Assembly: GCA_013265495.1 (NCBI GenBank)
Contig: MU058226.1
Span: 892,741-956,740 of the forward strand
Origin: Vicugna vicugna
Lineage: Eukaryota
DNA: 64,000 nucleotides
Reading direction: 5' to 3'
Numbering within the stretch: the first letter of the stretch is position 1; each line of letters starts with the position of its first letter. This document shows, one piece after another, positions 48,963 to 62,600 of the stretch. The notes below the pieces were generated by a model that was not told where the DNA came from, ran no database searches, and saw only the letters and a list, made by a program, of their open reading frames with translations. The position numbers and the translations under genes are program-made.

Positions 48963-51255
48963 GAAAACCAGGTCAATTCACACTCCTGGGTAAACACCGA
49001 TGGCCTCCTATTGCTCCTAGAACAGCATCCCAAGTCCCTACCAAGGTTTATAAGGCCATGTGTCCCAGCCCCTGCTTAAGCTCTAAGCTCAGGCCATGTT
49101 CCTTGTCCTAGTCAAGCTCCTTCCAGCTTCTGAGCCTTTGCACATCTGGTCCCTTCCACCAAGGCTCTTCTTTCCCGCTCATCTAGTTGGTTCCTTCTTC
49201 ACCTCCGCGCCTCGGCTTTCACTGTTACTTCCTTTGAGGAGCCATCCCTCCACCGTTTCTCTCCGAGGACCCCGTTCCCTTTGGTGTGCTCCAGAGGCAC
49301 CCCTCAGTTCCTGTCTTTGCTCTTGTAACAAACTCCAGGCGATGCTGCTGCTGCTGCAGGTCCAGCACTTTGGGAACCACTGCCCTCAAACATCCTTCTT
49401 GCCCACTTTCTACAGAGGAGGGAGAATGCCCAGGGCTCTAGAGTCAGAAAACAAGGGCCACCGCCCCGGGAACACCCTCTCAGGCAGGGAGACCACGACC
49501 AGGTTAGCGTCTCTGAGACTGTTTCCTCATTAGGAAGGTGTGAACAAGACTCACTCACTTCTAAAAACATTTCTATGCTGCTCATTATGTATGACATTAC
49601 TGCATGATTCATGGATGATAAAGGCTGTTCATGAATAAAAATATTTGTTAGTGAAACCCCATTTTTCAATAACCATGTAAATGTGTTGTTTTTTTCCTTT
49701 TGCATCCCATTTCCATGCTGCTCTTTTTGGAGAAGCGGCATCCTTTTGCCCCTATCTCGGTCTATAACTATACACAGTGAGAGAAGAAATAAAATTTGTG
49801 TACATGGAGAGAAGTTATTTTGGAGCACCTGAAGTATCTAGTGAAGCTAGCGATCAAAAACTTGAAATGTGAAATTCTGGTATTCATTTTATAACATTCC
49901 TATATATTTTATATATCATCTCATCTAGACTAGTGAACTGAGAATTTTCAGTGCCAAGTGTAAAGTGTAACATGAAATACATGGCAACAAAAGTTTAAAA
50001 AAAAAAGAAGCACTTCACAAATAATTACATGTCTAATCCCTTAATAACCTCATGAGGTAGGTACTTTTTATCACCTTCCTGTTACAGATGAGGAAACAGG
50101 TACCAAGAGGCTGAGTCCGAGGCCACACCATTAACAGTGGGCTTCAAGCCCGCTCCCACTACTCAATGACAGACCTATTTCATGGAATGGAGGAGATTAA
50201 TTCTTACTTGGCACAAGACCCTGATTTTTTTCCCTCAAATTCTGTAAGAGGGGCATCCCTTTATTTCTAATATACCCAACAGTGCCTCTACAACTATCTC
50301 CACATCAAACCTTCACTTTCGATATAAACCTCGTACTCGACATCTGGTGTTATCTGGCCAGAAAATAATTTCTCCAAATTTGATGTCCCAACTCAGTAAG
50401 TCTTGAATGGTTCCTGATAGTCTCCCTAGAATTGGAAGCATCTGATTATTCTCTCTCCAGCTCCCACACCTGGCCCTTCCCACTTGTCCTCTCCTTTCCA
50501 TCCCTCTCCCTTGTCCTAATTCAGGATTTACTACCTCATCAGCACAAGTTAGGGTGCCCATCCTACAAGTTTTTCTGGTCCACCTCACCCATCACTACCC
50601 AAATATCACCACCAACCACTTGCCACTGGGGTGTGACTTCCCAACCCCTGCCCTCCGACCCTGCTCTAATAAGCAGCCACACCAGCCATGCTCTCTCAAC
50701 TCCCAGTCTTCTCTTCCTTCCAAGGCTTAGATCTGTTCTCTCCCTAGGTTCCAAAAATGGCTCCCTCTTCCTCATTATTCAAATCCTCATTATTTTTCAG
50801 GGTCCACCCTCAAGCGATCCCACCAAATAACCAAGTTCTGGATCATCTTTCCTTCTGTGAATGTGTGGCCACTTAACACCGAGAGCACCACACATTCGGC
50901 CCTTAGTCACATCACATTATACACTCATCTCATCTTCCAAGTCTTCTCTAGCTAGACTACTCATGAAGGCAGACCTTGTCTTTTCCCTTCTTCACACCCC
51001 ACGGGGCTGTACATGTTGGCTGATATAGTAACTTCTAGGGGGATCAGCACTCTGCTCCCTGACCACAGGGCAGAATTCGGACAGTGAGAAACCCAAGTGT
51101 CCAAGGCGGGAGACTGCGGGTCACAGCCTCCCGTCCTGGTGGGGAGAGGGGGTACTAAATGCTGCCAGAAAACTGAATAAAGCAAATCCAGACTAAGAAC
51201 AGTGTCAGGTCCCATGAATCTCCAAACAGTGACAGGGTGGCGGCAACTCCTTTCC

Positions 51256-51261
51256 TTTATT
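51256..51261 (-). terminator. ABCF1 polyadenylation signal (candidate)
   Basis: TTTATT on + about 540 nt beyond the stop. Confidence 0.55.
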
Positions 51262-51799
51262 TCTCCCTCTTGTAAAGGGAGATTTGAGTTCAGCAGCATT
51301 CCTTTCCTGCCCCCAAGTCCCCAGCCAGACTAGAGGCTGCAGGCACCAAATCCTGGGTCACAGCACAGGCCTCAGAACTTCCCTCTGGCTCTGAGCGGCA
51401 ACAGCAGTTTATCAGTTAAGTCAGCATTGAATCCACCAGAAAAGAGCAGCACCACTCACAGACCGGGGTGGCAGTGGGGCCTGAAGCTTTGAGGTGGACC
51501 AGAGACAGGCTTCTGAGTGAGGACAGAGTCTTAGACAACTGGCCACGTAAGCCTGGCTGGATGGAACCCCATGGTAACGAAGGTCACCTCTGTCTGTACA
51601 GAAGGAGTTCAAGGCCAAGGCCAGCTCAGTTATCTGAAGAGAAGAACAGACAAGTCTTTCAGAGAAAAAGAAGCAGTCAAAGTGGTATCCTGGTCACATC
51701 AAGATCACGCTCCTTCTTCATGTGCCCGAGTGGCCGCTGGGTCAGAGGCAGGCTTCCGAGGAGAGCCAGGGAGGCGAGGGGACTTCCAAGACGGGGAGC

Positions 51800-54700
51800 T
51801 CACTCCCGGGGTCGGCTGACCATGACTTCACCCAGGGCCTCCAACACCTCCCGCTTGTAATCTTCGAAGTCACCGTCGATCTGGCTGACACTCTGCTCCT
51901 CCACCACCCACAGCTGGCAGTTGGTTTCGGTGATGAGTCGTGCATCATGGCTGACGACGATCACAGCTTTGAAGAACGAGGGTGAGGAAGGAGGGCAGGA
52001 AGAAAGGAGGAAGAGGGGAATGAGAAGCTGAGGCGAGGGAGTCCTGACCAAAGGACACCACAGCTGGTACCCAAGGGGAGGAGGAGGAGGGCGCGCCCTA
52101 TGCTGACTTACCACCCTTGTACTCATTGATGGCCTCCCCCAGGGCGTCGATAGACTCGATGTCCAGGTTATTGGTGGGCTCGTCCTACGAGGAGGCGGCA
52201 TCCCATGACTGAGCGTTCTGACTCCTCCCTCTCCTGTCTGACACCCTCACCCCGCCCCACAGTTCTGCTCACTCACCAAGATGAGGACATCGGGCTCCCG
52301 ACAGGCCAGCTCCGCAAACACAACCCGGGCCTTCTGCCCGCCTGCAGCAAAGGAAAAGGAGACCCGTCGCCCCTTTTACCATTTGACACCTCTGCAGGTA
52401 AACCCCGAATGTGTGTCTGTGTGAGCGCTGAGGTCCCCCGAGTCCTGGCTCCTCTTCCCTCCTGCCTCTGAGTGCAGCCTACAGATATGAACATTAAGGA
52501 GGGACCCCTGGTACCAGAGAGTTTGCAGATCTGGATGGTGTGGGCGTGACTCTCAAGGCCAAAGCGGCCCAGGCACTTGCGGGCATCCTGGTAGGGCAGG
52601 TTGAAGCCCCGCTGCAGGTACTCCGTGGGCGTCTCCTCCATGCGCAGCTGCTCCGCATACTGCTGGTTGAAGAAGCCGATTTTCTGCCCGAGACAAGAAG
52701 GGGGTGGTCAGTCAAAGTCACACTTCCTCTGTCAGCCTCTGACTCCCTAATTCCCAAAGCCAACTCACCAGGCGGTGGTTCTTTCTCATTTCCCCACGAG
52801 TCTGCAAGGAAAAAGCAAGTGGGAAGATAAGGAGAAGGGAAGGGTGCTGCAGCTCTGGCCCCAGCTTTTCTGAACGGGAGACAAATCCCAGGATTGGGCT
52901 GGGAACAAGCCAGGTGAAAAAGGGGACATGGGTGTTCTTCCTAATGCGACAAAGACACGCCCAGGAAATCAGAAGCAAGAGAATAAAGAAGGGGAAACAA
53001 AAGGCAGAGATTGAGAACCAGGAGAGACTGACCACCACCAAAGAACCACCCCCTCCCACCCTTCCTGTGAGACTCAGGAACTGCACGTTTTCAGGGTTCC
53101 ACCTCGGATGGGGAGGGAGGGACACTGTGTGTGAGGATGCAGGAACACCTTTCTGAGCAGCTGCTCTCTGCAGGCCCTCTCAACACTTTTCTGGAGGGTG
53201 TAGACAGCTACAACCTGCCTAAGCACCACATACACCACCAAAGTCCCCAAAGCAATTCTAAGGAATTTATTATAAGGAAAAACTAAGTTCATGAACAGAT
53301 ACAGTAAGACTATTTGCTGCACTATTGTCCTTTAGTGAAAAATCAGAAATACTCTAAATGACTGATATCAAAGAAATTATATAGATCCATAAAAAATGAA
53401 TTCACCCACACAATTACCAATGTGGAAAAATGATGTGTATCATCTGGAAAAAGCTGGCTAAAAAACAATTCACATAGTAGCCACTTTTGTTTAAAATAAA
53501 TATATAAACTTGTAAAGGAAAAAGGAGAAAGCAAGCCACCAAAGTTAACAGCGGTTACCTCCACATTTTTCCCTGGCTTACGTAACTTCTAACACTTCTG
53601 GAATGGACATGCATTTCTTGTGTGACCAAAACACATGTGGTGGGGTGTAGGGAGCCCCTGCACTGGCCCCAACCGTCCTGGCTCTTCTCTGGCTGATCTG
53701 AACTGCTCGCCTCTGCCGCACCCCTTAAGGAAATGAACCACCCCTCACGTGGTGGAGGGGGCTCCCCGAGTCCAGCCTCCGGGGAGCGGCCACACTCCCG
53801 CCGCGGGACTCACGGGCGTCAGCTTGCCGGTCAGCAGCAGCAGCAGGGTGCTCTTCCCCACGCCGTTAGGGCCCACGATGCAGACTGCCGGGCAGGTGGG
53901 GGAGACAGGCGGTCAGAGGGCTGAGGTCCCCGGGGCTCCCGCTCTGCGGCCTGAACCTCCCCCGCCAACTCACTCCTCGAGTCCATGTCGATGCCAAAAT
54001 CCAGATTCTTAAAGAGCGGCTTCTGCCCCTCATAGCCGAACGTCACACCTGAGAAAGCAGGAGCAGCCTTTCACTTTCCCCTCAGAGCCCGCGAGGCCGG
54101 CGGGGGCGGGGGGCGGCGGCGGCGGCTCACCGTGCAGGCCCAGCACCGGCGGGCTGAGCGGCGGCGGGTCCGGGAAGGTGAAGCGCACGGTGTACTCCTT
54201 GGGGCGCTTCAGGAGCTCGGGGGCCTCCTGTGACTCCTCATCCTGGTTTTTCCGCCGACACTTCTGCTGCTTTCTCGTCAGCGCCTCCTTTGTTTGCTTT
54301 TCCTGGGGAGGAAGGGGAAGGGAGCGCCTCGAAAGGCAGGCCGGGCCCCAGAGGCCCGCTCCCTCGGCCTCCTCCTCAGGAGGGCCCCCGCCAGGAAGAC
54401 CCAGGCGCTCACCGCCTGCTTGGTGGACTTGCCGCCCGCCTTCAGCTCCTTCAGCTTTTTCTCCTGCTTCTCATACTGCTTCAGCAGTTCCTTCTGCTTC
54501 TGCTGGTACATCTTCTTGAAGGTCACTGGGGCAACAGGGAGGACGGGCATCAATGGCTGTCCCTCTCCCCAGCAGAGGGAGAACCAGGACGAGGGACAAG
54601 GGGGGTGGGCGTCACTGTCTAGAATTCTGAAAGGTTCAGCTTATCACCGCGTCCCTATGGGCCCTCCCTCTCAGGCCTTTCTCAAGGCACCATCCCTTTC

Positions 54701-57700
54701 CTCCCACCAGGTCCCCACACAACCCCACTTACTGTAATTGCCCCTATAGTAATGGAGCCGCTGGGCATCGAGATGGATGATGTCGGTGCAGACATCATCC
54801 AAGAAGCCCTGGTCATGGGAGACGATGAGCAGCGTCTTCCGCCAGCCCTGGAGGTAGCTGGGATTTAGAGAAGAGTGTGGAAATGTTACAGTGGCTAAAT
54901 TAGGATTAAGTTAGGGAAACGAGACAGACGACAGGGGCAAGAAAAGAAGGAAAGCTGGTATGAGAGCTGTCAAGGGCAGGATGGGAACCAAAGATGCAAA
55001 GACTGTAATCAAGGGCAACTCACTTGTTGAGCCAAATAACAGCATTGAGGTCCAGGTGGTTGGTGGGCTCGTCCAACATCAGCAGCGTGGGCTCCATGAA
55101 CAGTGCCCTAGAGGGTGGGGCAGCAGACTGTGGGGTTAGGGGGAGGAAGGTCCTTGCTCAGAGTGCCCAGACAAGCCTCTGCTGAGTGGAGCCTGAGACC
55201 ACGACAGCTCCTTTCCAGCCTCTTAGAGCAGTTCCCCTTTGGGAGACAGTTGAGAATATACTCCCAGGTAGAGGGAAAATCCCTGAGTCTGACAACGTGG
55301 ATGATGAAGGAGAGAGAAGTCGGCCTTGAACCTCCTTATGGCCTTGGAAGAACAGAAAGGGAAGGACCCTGGTGGATGAAGGCTGGAAGGGAGGGTGGTG
55401 AAGAGGGAAGCCCACCTGGCCAGGGAGACACGCATGCGCCAGCCCCCCGAGAACTTCTGTGTGGGCCGATTCTGCATTTCAGGGTCGAAGCCCAGACCAG
55501 CCAGGATCCGGCGGGCTTTGGCCTCTGCAGCAGCCGCCCCAGTAGCCCGCAACTCCTCATACACCTGGGAGGAAGGGGAAGAGGACACATGTTTGGAAGT
55601 CCTGGGACCCCAGTCTCAGCCGTGTCCCCTGCGCCATCTCCTCTACCTTTTCCAGCCTCTCGGCAGCCATGTCATCACCCTGCTCCAGCTGTCCCTGAAG
55701 CCGCCGCTCCTCTTCCAGCAGCTTCAGCCGCTTGGTGTCAGCTCGAAGAACAGCCTGCACAGCTGGTGTCTCATCCGCTACCACCTCTGGGGGCCGGGGG
55801 AGGAGTCAGGGCATCTCGAGGGCCAAGGCTCCTATTCCCTCTTCCCTTCTGCTTTGCCTGGCCCTGCCTGGCTCTCCACTCTTGTCCTGAATAAAACCCG
55901 TTCCAGTCTCTCCTCTCTTCTCCCAACTTCTTTAGCACCTGTTTCCCAGTTCCCAGTCTCTCCGCGTAACCTTTCCAACTCCACAACCATGGTTTCTTCT
56001 AGCCTTGTTTGGCTCATTTACCCCAGCAGCCCCTTGTCAAGCCCCTGGGTTTCACCGCCTTCCCACCAGGGCTCACCCTGCTCGCACAGCAGCACATCGA
56101 TGTTGGGAGGGATGCTCAGGGCTCGGTTGGCGATGTGCTTCAGGAGGGTGGTCTTGCCCTTGCTGGGGAATGAGAGCTTTCAGGACCAGGCCACCAGAGA
56201 CCCAAGGAGGTCTACCTCTCCTTCCAGCCCTTCTCTTCACGTATCCCCTGCCCCACCTCTCCTCACCCATTGGGTCCCACCAGCCCGTAACGGCGGCCAG
56301 CGACAATGTACAGGTCAGCGTTGACGAATAGCTCCTTGCCATGGGCTGAGATGCTGAACTTCTCCAGCTGCAGTGGTCAGGGAAGGAAGGAGCACATGAG
56401 AACTCTCCCTTCCACACAGCAACTGCAGCTTTCTTCCTGCAGGGGAGCCTCCGACAAACCCTGACTGCCAGCATAATACCCCTCCTCTCACCACACCGGT
56501 CCCAAGCACTGCCTCTAGCAGGAGTCTCCAAACCCTAAGTTGGTCCAGCCCGCCCCACCCTATTTCCCTCCAAGGGAAGGGAACTATCTTCTCCCTCAAG
56601 CTGGCAGAACTTAAGGTATGGAAAACACTTCCAAGCTTTCTTCCCATACCCACTTCCTCGGCTGCCACAGCCACTCAGGCAAAGGGGATAGAAGTGGCAG
56701 GTTCCTGGGCCAACTGGCAGGAGGGGCCCCCTCAGAACCTACCTTGATGTCAGATGCATTTTCTAACATAGCCTGGCGGGAGGATACCTCTGCTTGCGAC
56801 ACAGAGAAGTCATTTTCAGCAGCATTGGCTGCTTTTAATGAAGCCACCTGGCGCTCATACTCCATCTGAGAAGAAAGGGAAAAAATCACTTTTGAGGCCA
56901 CTGTCTGCCAGTATCCCATCACTATGATACAGCCCTGTGTCATCAGACACCAAGCCAAGACTCACAGAACATAATCCTTTCCTTACTCCAACTGTTTTAC
57001 TTGAAGGAGCACCCAAAGCTCTCTTCTTGTCCCCTAATTCACCCGTCCCTTACCTGAAGCATTACAATTTAAAAAAAAAATCAAATTCTCCTACCTTTAA
57101 CCACTAAGAACCCAAGGTCTCACCTGTTTCTTCAGCTTTTTCTTCTCTTTCTTGCTAAGGTGAGCGTAGGGATCATCAGCCTTGGACTCCCCTTCCTCCT
57201 CTTCTTCTCCTTCTTCCTCGGAGCCCTGTGAGAACCAGGGATAGTAAAACACAAGGGATCCCTTCCAGAACTCAGACTTCACATCATCTACCCCCAGTTC
57301 CACAGCCAGCTGTCTTTCTCCACCCAGAGTCCTGAAATATCTTGGCAGACCCACTCTCATCCTCATACCCACCCTGGTCTCCTTGCCACTCTTTATTCTC
57401 CATTTCTGCCCCCAGGAAACATACAAGACAGACGAGATCAGTGTGTATGTATGTGTGTGTGTATGACAGGTAACAACGTGAAATGGCCAATACAATGTAA
57501 CTGAAGGGAGAATAACTGGAACAGGCTCTTTTTCATCATGTATCAGATGAGTTTCTGTGGCCTAAATGGTAACCTCCAAAAAAAGACTTGGAAGCCCTAA
57601 TATACATCCACTGAGAAATCCAGCAAAATCACAGAACTGGCAAGTGCTAGCAGTACAGGGGAGCTCAGAGATCACTAGTTCACACAGATGAGATAACTGA

Positions 57701-59650
57701 GACCCAAGGAGGTAGAAGGATGCACTCAAGGTCACACAGTCGGTGAGTGGCAGAGCCAGAACCCAGACTGTCTGAGGCAAAGGCCCAGGTCCTTTTCTTT
57801 CTGGATCAGGAGTTGCAAATTATGGCCCTTGAGCTAAGAATAGTTTTTACATTTTTGAAGGGTTTCTCCAAAAACGTAAAAGAAGAATATGCACCAGAGA
57901 CGGTATGTAGCCTAAAAAGTCAAAAATATTTACTATGTGGCCATTTATAGAAATTTGCCAACCCCTGCTCTGGATAGTAGGTGCACCCCCAGATCCTGCC
58001 CCATCCCAAGGGCCACAGAGCCCGAGTCCCCCAGCCCACCTTCCCCTGACACCAAAATACACACTTGCTCTGCCTTCTTGGCCTTCTCCTTCTCTTGCCC
58101 GGGAGGCTCCTTTTCTTTTGTTATTTCCTCTTCATCCTCCTCCTCCTCATTGTCGAGAGCAGCAAATTTATTTTGAGGCTATTAGGGAAAATACAGCAGG
58201 TCTGATGAAATGCTCTGATTCCTAAGACCCAGACCCTCCTCCTGCCAGTACTCCCTTACCTTGGCCTTCCCCTTTGACTTCTCCTCCTTTCCCTTTCTGC
58301 TCTTGAGCCCTGGCTGTTGTTCCTGAGATACAGCCTGGGGAAGACACAGACACAAATTAATCTGCGAGCCTGTAGCTTAACAGGCATTTCTATGGAGTCT
58401 AGGAGTAGTAGTTAACGATACTGAGTCTGCCAGGGAGAAAATGAGACCCAGAGAAACGCTAGCCTCCAGCTGGAGACTAGATAGGGAACAGACGACTAGA
58501 GAGTATCAGCACAGCTTAGGGACTGTGAGTTAGTCAAGTGAGCCACGTGAGCGGGCAGCCCTAACACTGGAGGTTTCCTGGAGAGGGTGAATCTCGAGAA
58601 GAGTTAATGGACATGGGCTTGGACAAGGCATTCTAGGGAAAAGGGAAGAGACACCATAAAGAACAAAGGCTTCAACACACAGTCAAACTGGATGCCAAGA
58701 TGTGATCAGGCTGATCTGAAAGGTATATGAAGAGTCCTGTAACCCTGCTGAGGGGTCCAAGTGGAAGAGCAAAGACTTGAAGGCTTTTGTTTTAGATTCT
58801 GAGTTTGAAAGCACCACTGTAGATTTCTCAGTGATGAAAAGTATTTTAAAAAGCTGATTTTGACAGTATAAGCAAGGCAGACCTAGGAGAGCTAGTTTAA
58901 AAGCAGGAAAAGCAGGCAGGGAATGACCACACTGTGGCTAGAAGGTGCCACCTGGGGTGGGAGTGACCGGCAGAGCCACCGCTTTCACCTTATTGATCCG
59001 ATTCTTCTCTGGCTTGGCCGGCTTAGGAGGATGTTTTTCTTCCTCCTCCTCTTCCTCACTCTGATCCTGAATCAGGGCTGCAAAAACATTACCACCCTGG
59101 AGAATGAAAGGGCCGGAGAATTCAGCAGGATGGTCAAGGCTGCACGCCTGGAGTCTCTGTCTACCATACAGATAGATGGCTTACCTTGGTTTTCTTCCCT
59201 CCTCGGGGAACCGGGGCAGGTACTGAAACAACAAGGAAGAAGATGAGACAGGAAAAAGAATTACATCCAGCTCCTCTATCTAATCCAACTTCAAGAGCAA
59301 GGAATGAAGTCTGTGACCCTTCATGACTCAGGGATTCCAGTACCCATTTCCCTCAGGGCATTTACCCTCATCCTCCTCGTCACTGGCCGGCACTGAGAGC
59401 TTCTTAAGACGCTCCATGAGCTCCTTCTCTTCTCCATCGTCATCCACATCCTTCTTCCGCCGGCCTTTTCGGGTGTCTCGTTTCTTTTTTTGCTGCTGAA
59501 CGCAAAACAGAATGAGAGAATGAAGGCCAGGCTGCTGCTGTATTTCTGCCCTGGAGAGAGTTCCCTATCAGCCGAGCCAACTGATGTGGGCTGCGGAGGG
59601 GTTGGGGACCTAAGATGCCCGGGTGGATTGGTAGGTCCGGACACTGGTAC

Positions 59651-59681
<31 letters not shown>

Positions 59682-62600
59682 TTCTCCTTGAGCACCTTCT
59701 CTTCTTCCCCAGCCTGTCTGTCTTCTACTGCCAGTTCTTCAAAGAACTACAAAGGGAGTTAAGATCTGGGTAAACACAGCTCAGAGACCAACCAAGCCCT
59801 TTGCTGCCTCACATGAGCCCAGGGACCTGCCACTCCAGACCCACCTTGCTTGCTCTGCTGACACGACCCCTTCCCCTCCCTCAGACCCCCACTGCCTTCA
59901 TAGGGCCACCTTCTGCTCAGAAACACCCATAGTCACCTCTCACCCCTCATTGCCTTACCGTCTTTTTCGTCTTCTTGTCCTTCTTCCCTTTCTTCACCAC
60001 TTTGTCTAGAAGGTTAAGCAGATGTTGTGAATGATGATCTGCAAATTCCAAAGCAGCCTGATCTCATCTAACAAGCTCTCAGTGGCCTCCACCCCATTTT
60101 ACTGTTTTCCTAGCTCAACTATCACTCCCTAGACATTTGCACTGCCCCACAGGACAGACAATGGTGGCTTGGTCTAGGGTGGCAGTGGGAGGCAGAGAAG
60201 GAGAATCCAGAGAGTGACGGCAGAGGTGGGCAGTAAGAAGGGGTATTTAGAGACGACTCCTATGTTTTTAGCTGGCAGAATTAGCTGGGCTAGTGGTACC
60301 AGTTATTAACTCAGGATATACTGGAAGAGAAGGACCTCTCTCCCCACCCCTACCATCTATGGGGGAGAAAGGTAGAACAAAAATATTACGAATTCAGTCT
60401 GGGTGTGTCATTTTGGGGACCTGCAGACCATGGAAACAGAGCTTTCTGGTAAGTCGATAAATATCTGGGTCTGTGGCGCACTTGCTCTGCTCACACCTCA
60501 AGCACAAATCGCACTGTGTCACACTCAACTGGGTGTCTGTCTTCCATCCTAGAGAGGGACCATTTAGCTCATGTTCCCAGGGAGCAATGTGGGAAGTCGA
60601 CAGAAGTTTACTGACTGAACAAATTTCAGCTTCTCCATTCTGTCCACCCCTGTTTCCCTGAAGAAGGGACCATATCTAACTCCCTCTCCCACACACATTT
60701 GACTGGGAGGCAGCCAGCAGCCTTGTGATTTCTCATCATGCCCAAGCCGATCCACTATCACATTCACCTCCCAAACCATCCCACCCATCCACTGCTATCC
60801 AATTCTATCCAAAAGCACTCCTGTGATCATTCCCCCCCTCAAAATCGCCAAAACAAAGGCCTTCTGCTATCTACCACGTTAAGTATTCTCAGACCAGAAT
60901 CCCATGTAGTCCACAGTAATCATTTATTCAGACACCGAGCATCTACAATGCCTAAAACTGGAGATAACAAATGAAAATCCCTGTAATACAGGGCCTCACA
61001 GACTAAAAGGGCCCATCCTATCTTTTCTGCTGTACCTCTGTTTCCTTACTCATACCTGTGTTCTGGACACTGGTCTTTCCCTGCTCCTTGGTTAACTCTC
61101 AGGTATGCTTACACCTGTCTTTGCTTAATCTGCATCCTCCATCCTGAACACATTTCAAAATCTGGTCCCTGTATTGGGTGACTAACATGATGGAACTGAA
61201 AAGACGTGCAGCAGAAATAATGAAAGGCTTTATGCACTATTACAAGGAGCCTAAGTCTAAAACCATTAAGAGGGAGAATCCACTGTAGTACATAAAAAGG
61301 AATGACATGGTCAGCTCACCCTGACAACACTGAGAAGTGACTCAGACACTAATTTCTCTCCAAAGACTAAGGCAACCACACCACCTGACCAAAGGAAGAG
61401 AAGCCTGTGTACAGGTTCCAGTGTAAGAAAGGATTATCACCAAGGAACAGGAAAAGGCTAAGTGTGGCTAAAGTATCCTCCACTTCTCCTCCTCTAATGA
61501 CTCCTCCTTTCAGTATATCACTTAAGCAGCTCCTAAGTTCAAAACCAAATAAAGCATTTTCCTCAACCTTACAATCTCCGCCCTGACACTTACGTACCTT
61601 CTCATCCTTTCAAGTCTCCTCTCCTGCTGTTACTTAACATCAGGGATCCTGCTGCTGCTGATCTGCCTCCAGTTTCGGAGAAGAGGCTGCTCGCCTTTCT
61701 CAGTCTTATCTCAGCCTCCTTTCTCACCTTTCTTCCATTAACTGTTGAGGTTCTTTGGGGTTCCCACCCTCTACTTCTTTTTGCTTCAATCCGCTTACAC
61801 TTGCCCTGTATTCAACACCTCAACTACACTCACCCGCGTCTTTACTTCTAGTCTAGAGCTCTCTCCACAAGCACCGAACTCTCCTTGCCATCTCCTCTTA
61901 GAAATTCCCCAGAAATCTCCAACTCAGCATTCAAAAGCTGATCTTATCTCTTCCCGCTCCCCGCTCTACAGCCTACTACTGCTTTCAATTAACAGCACTG
62001 AGTTGAGTGTCATCCTTAATTCCTCTCCCTTTATGTAGTTCTAGTCAATGCCACTTCCTTCATAACTCTGAGTCTTCACTGCCTTCGCTTACTCTCTTAC
62101 CATTCTCACCTGGATCATTACCAGAGCCTCCTAAATGGTCTCCCTACCTAATCATTTCTTATACACTTCAATGGGTCCTCTTTCTTACCGTCTTCAGGAT
62201 TAAGCTCCTTGGAATAGTGTATAAAGACTTTCATCATCTGTCTCCTGCACATCTTTCAAACACCATCACACCAGTCACAAAATACGGGGAACCAGCCAGG
62301 CTCAACTACATCTCCACTTCTGCACTAACTGCATCCTCTGCTTGCTTGGAATATTCTTCCCCTTGCTAACTCATACTGATCCTTCAAGAATGAACTCAGC
62401 TATCACAAATTCCTGGGAGGCTTGGATGACACCCCCACCCTATCCGAGCAGATGTTGCTCCTCTCTTCTCCAGTTCCTTGACATTCTCAAGCACATTCAT
62501 TGCACTCGGTCAGCCTCCAATTAGTGCTCTGTCCCCTCCACTAGACCTGCCCTTTCTAGATAAGCAAGGCTTATCTTTCATCTCTAAGTTTCCAGTTCTT

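Noticed and set aside
55115..56324. 259- and 309-aa plus-strand ORFs
   Set aside because: Antisense to ABCF1 exons, non-ATG starts, low complexity.
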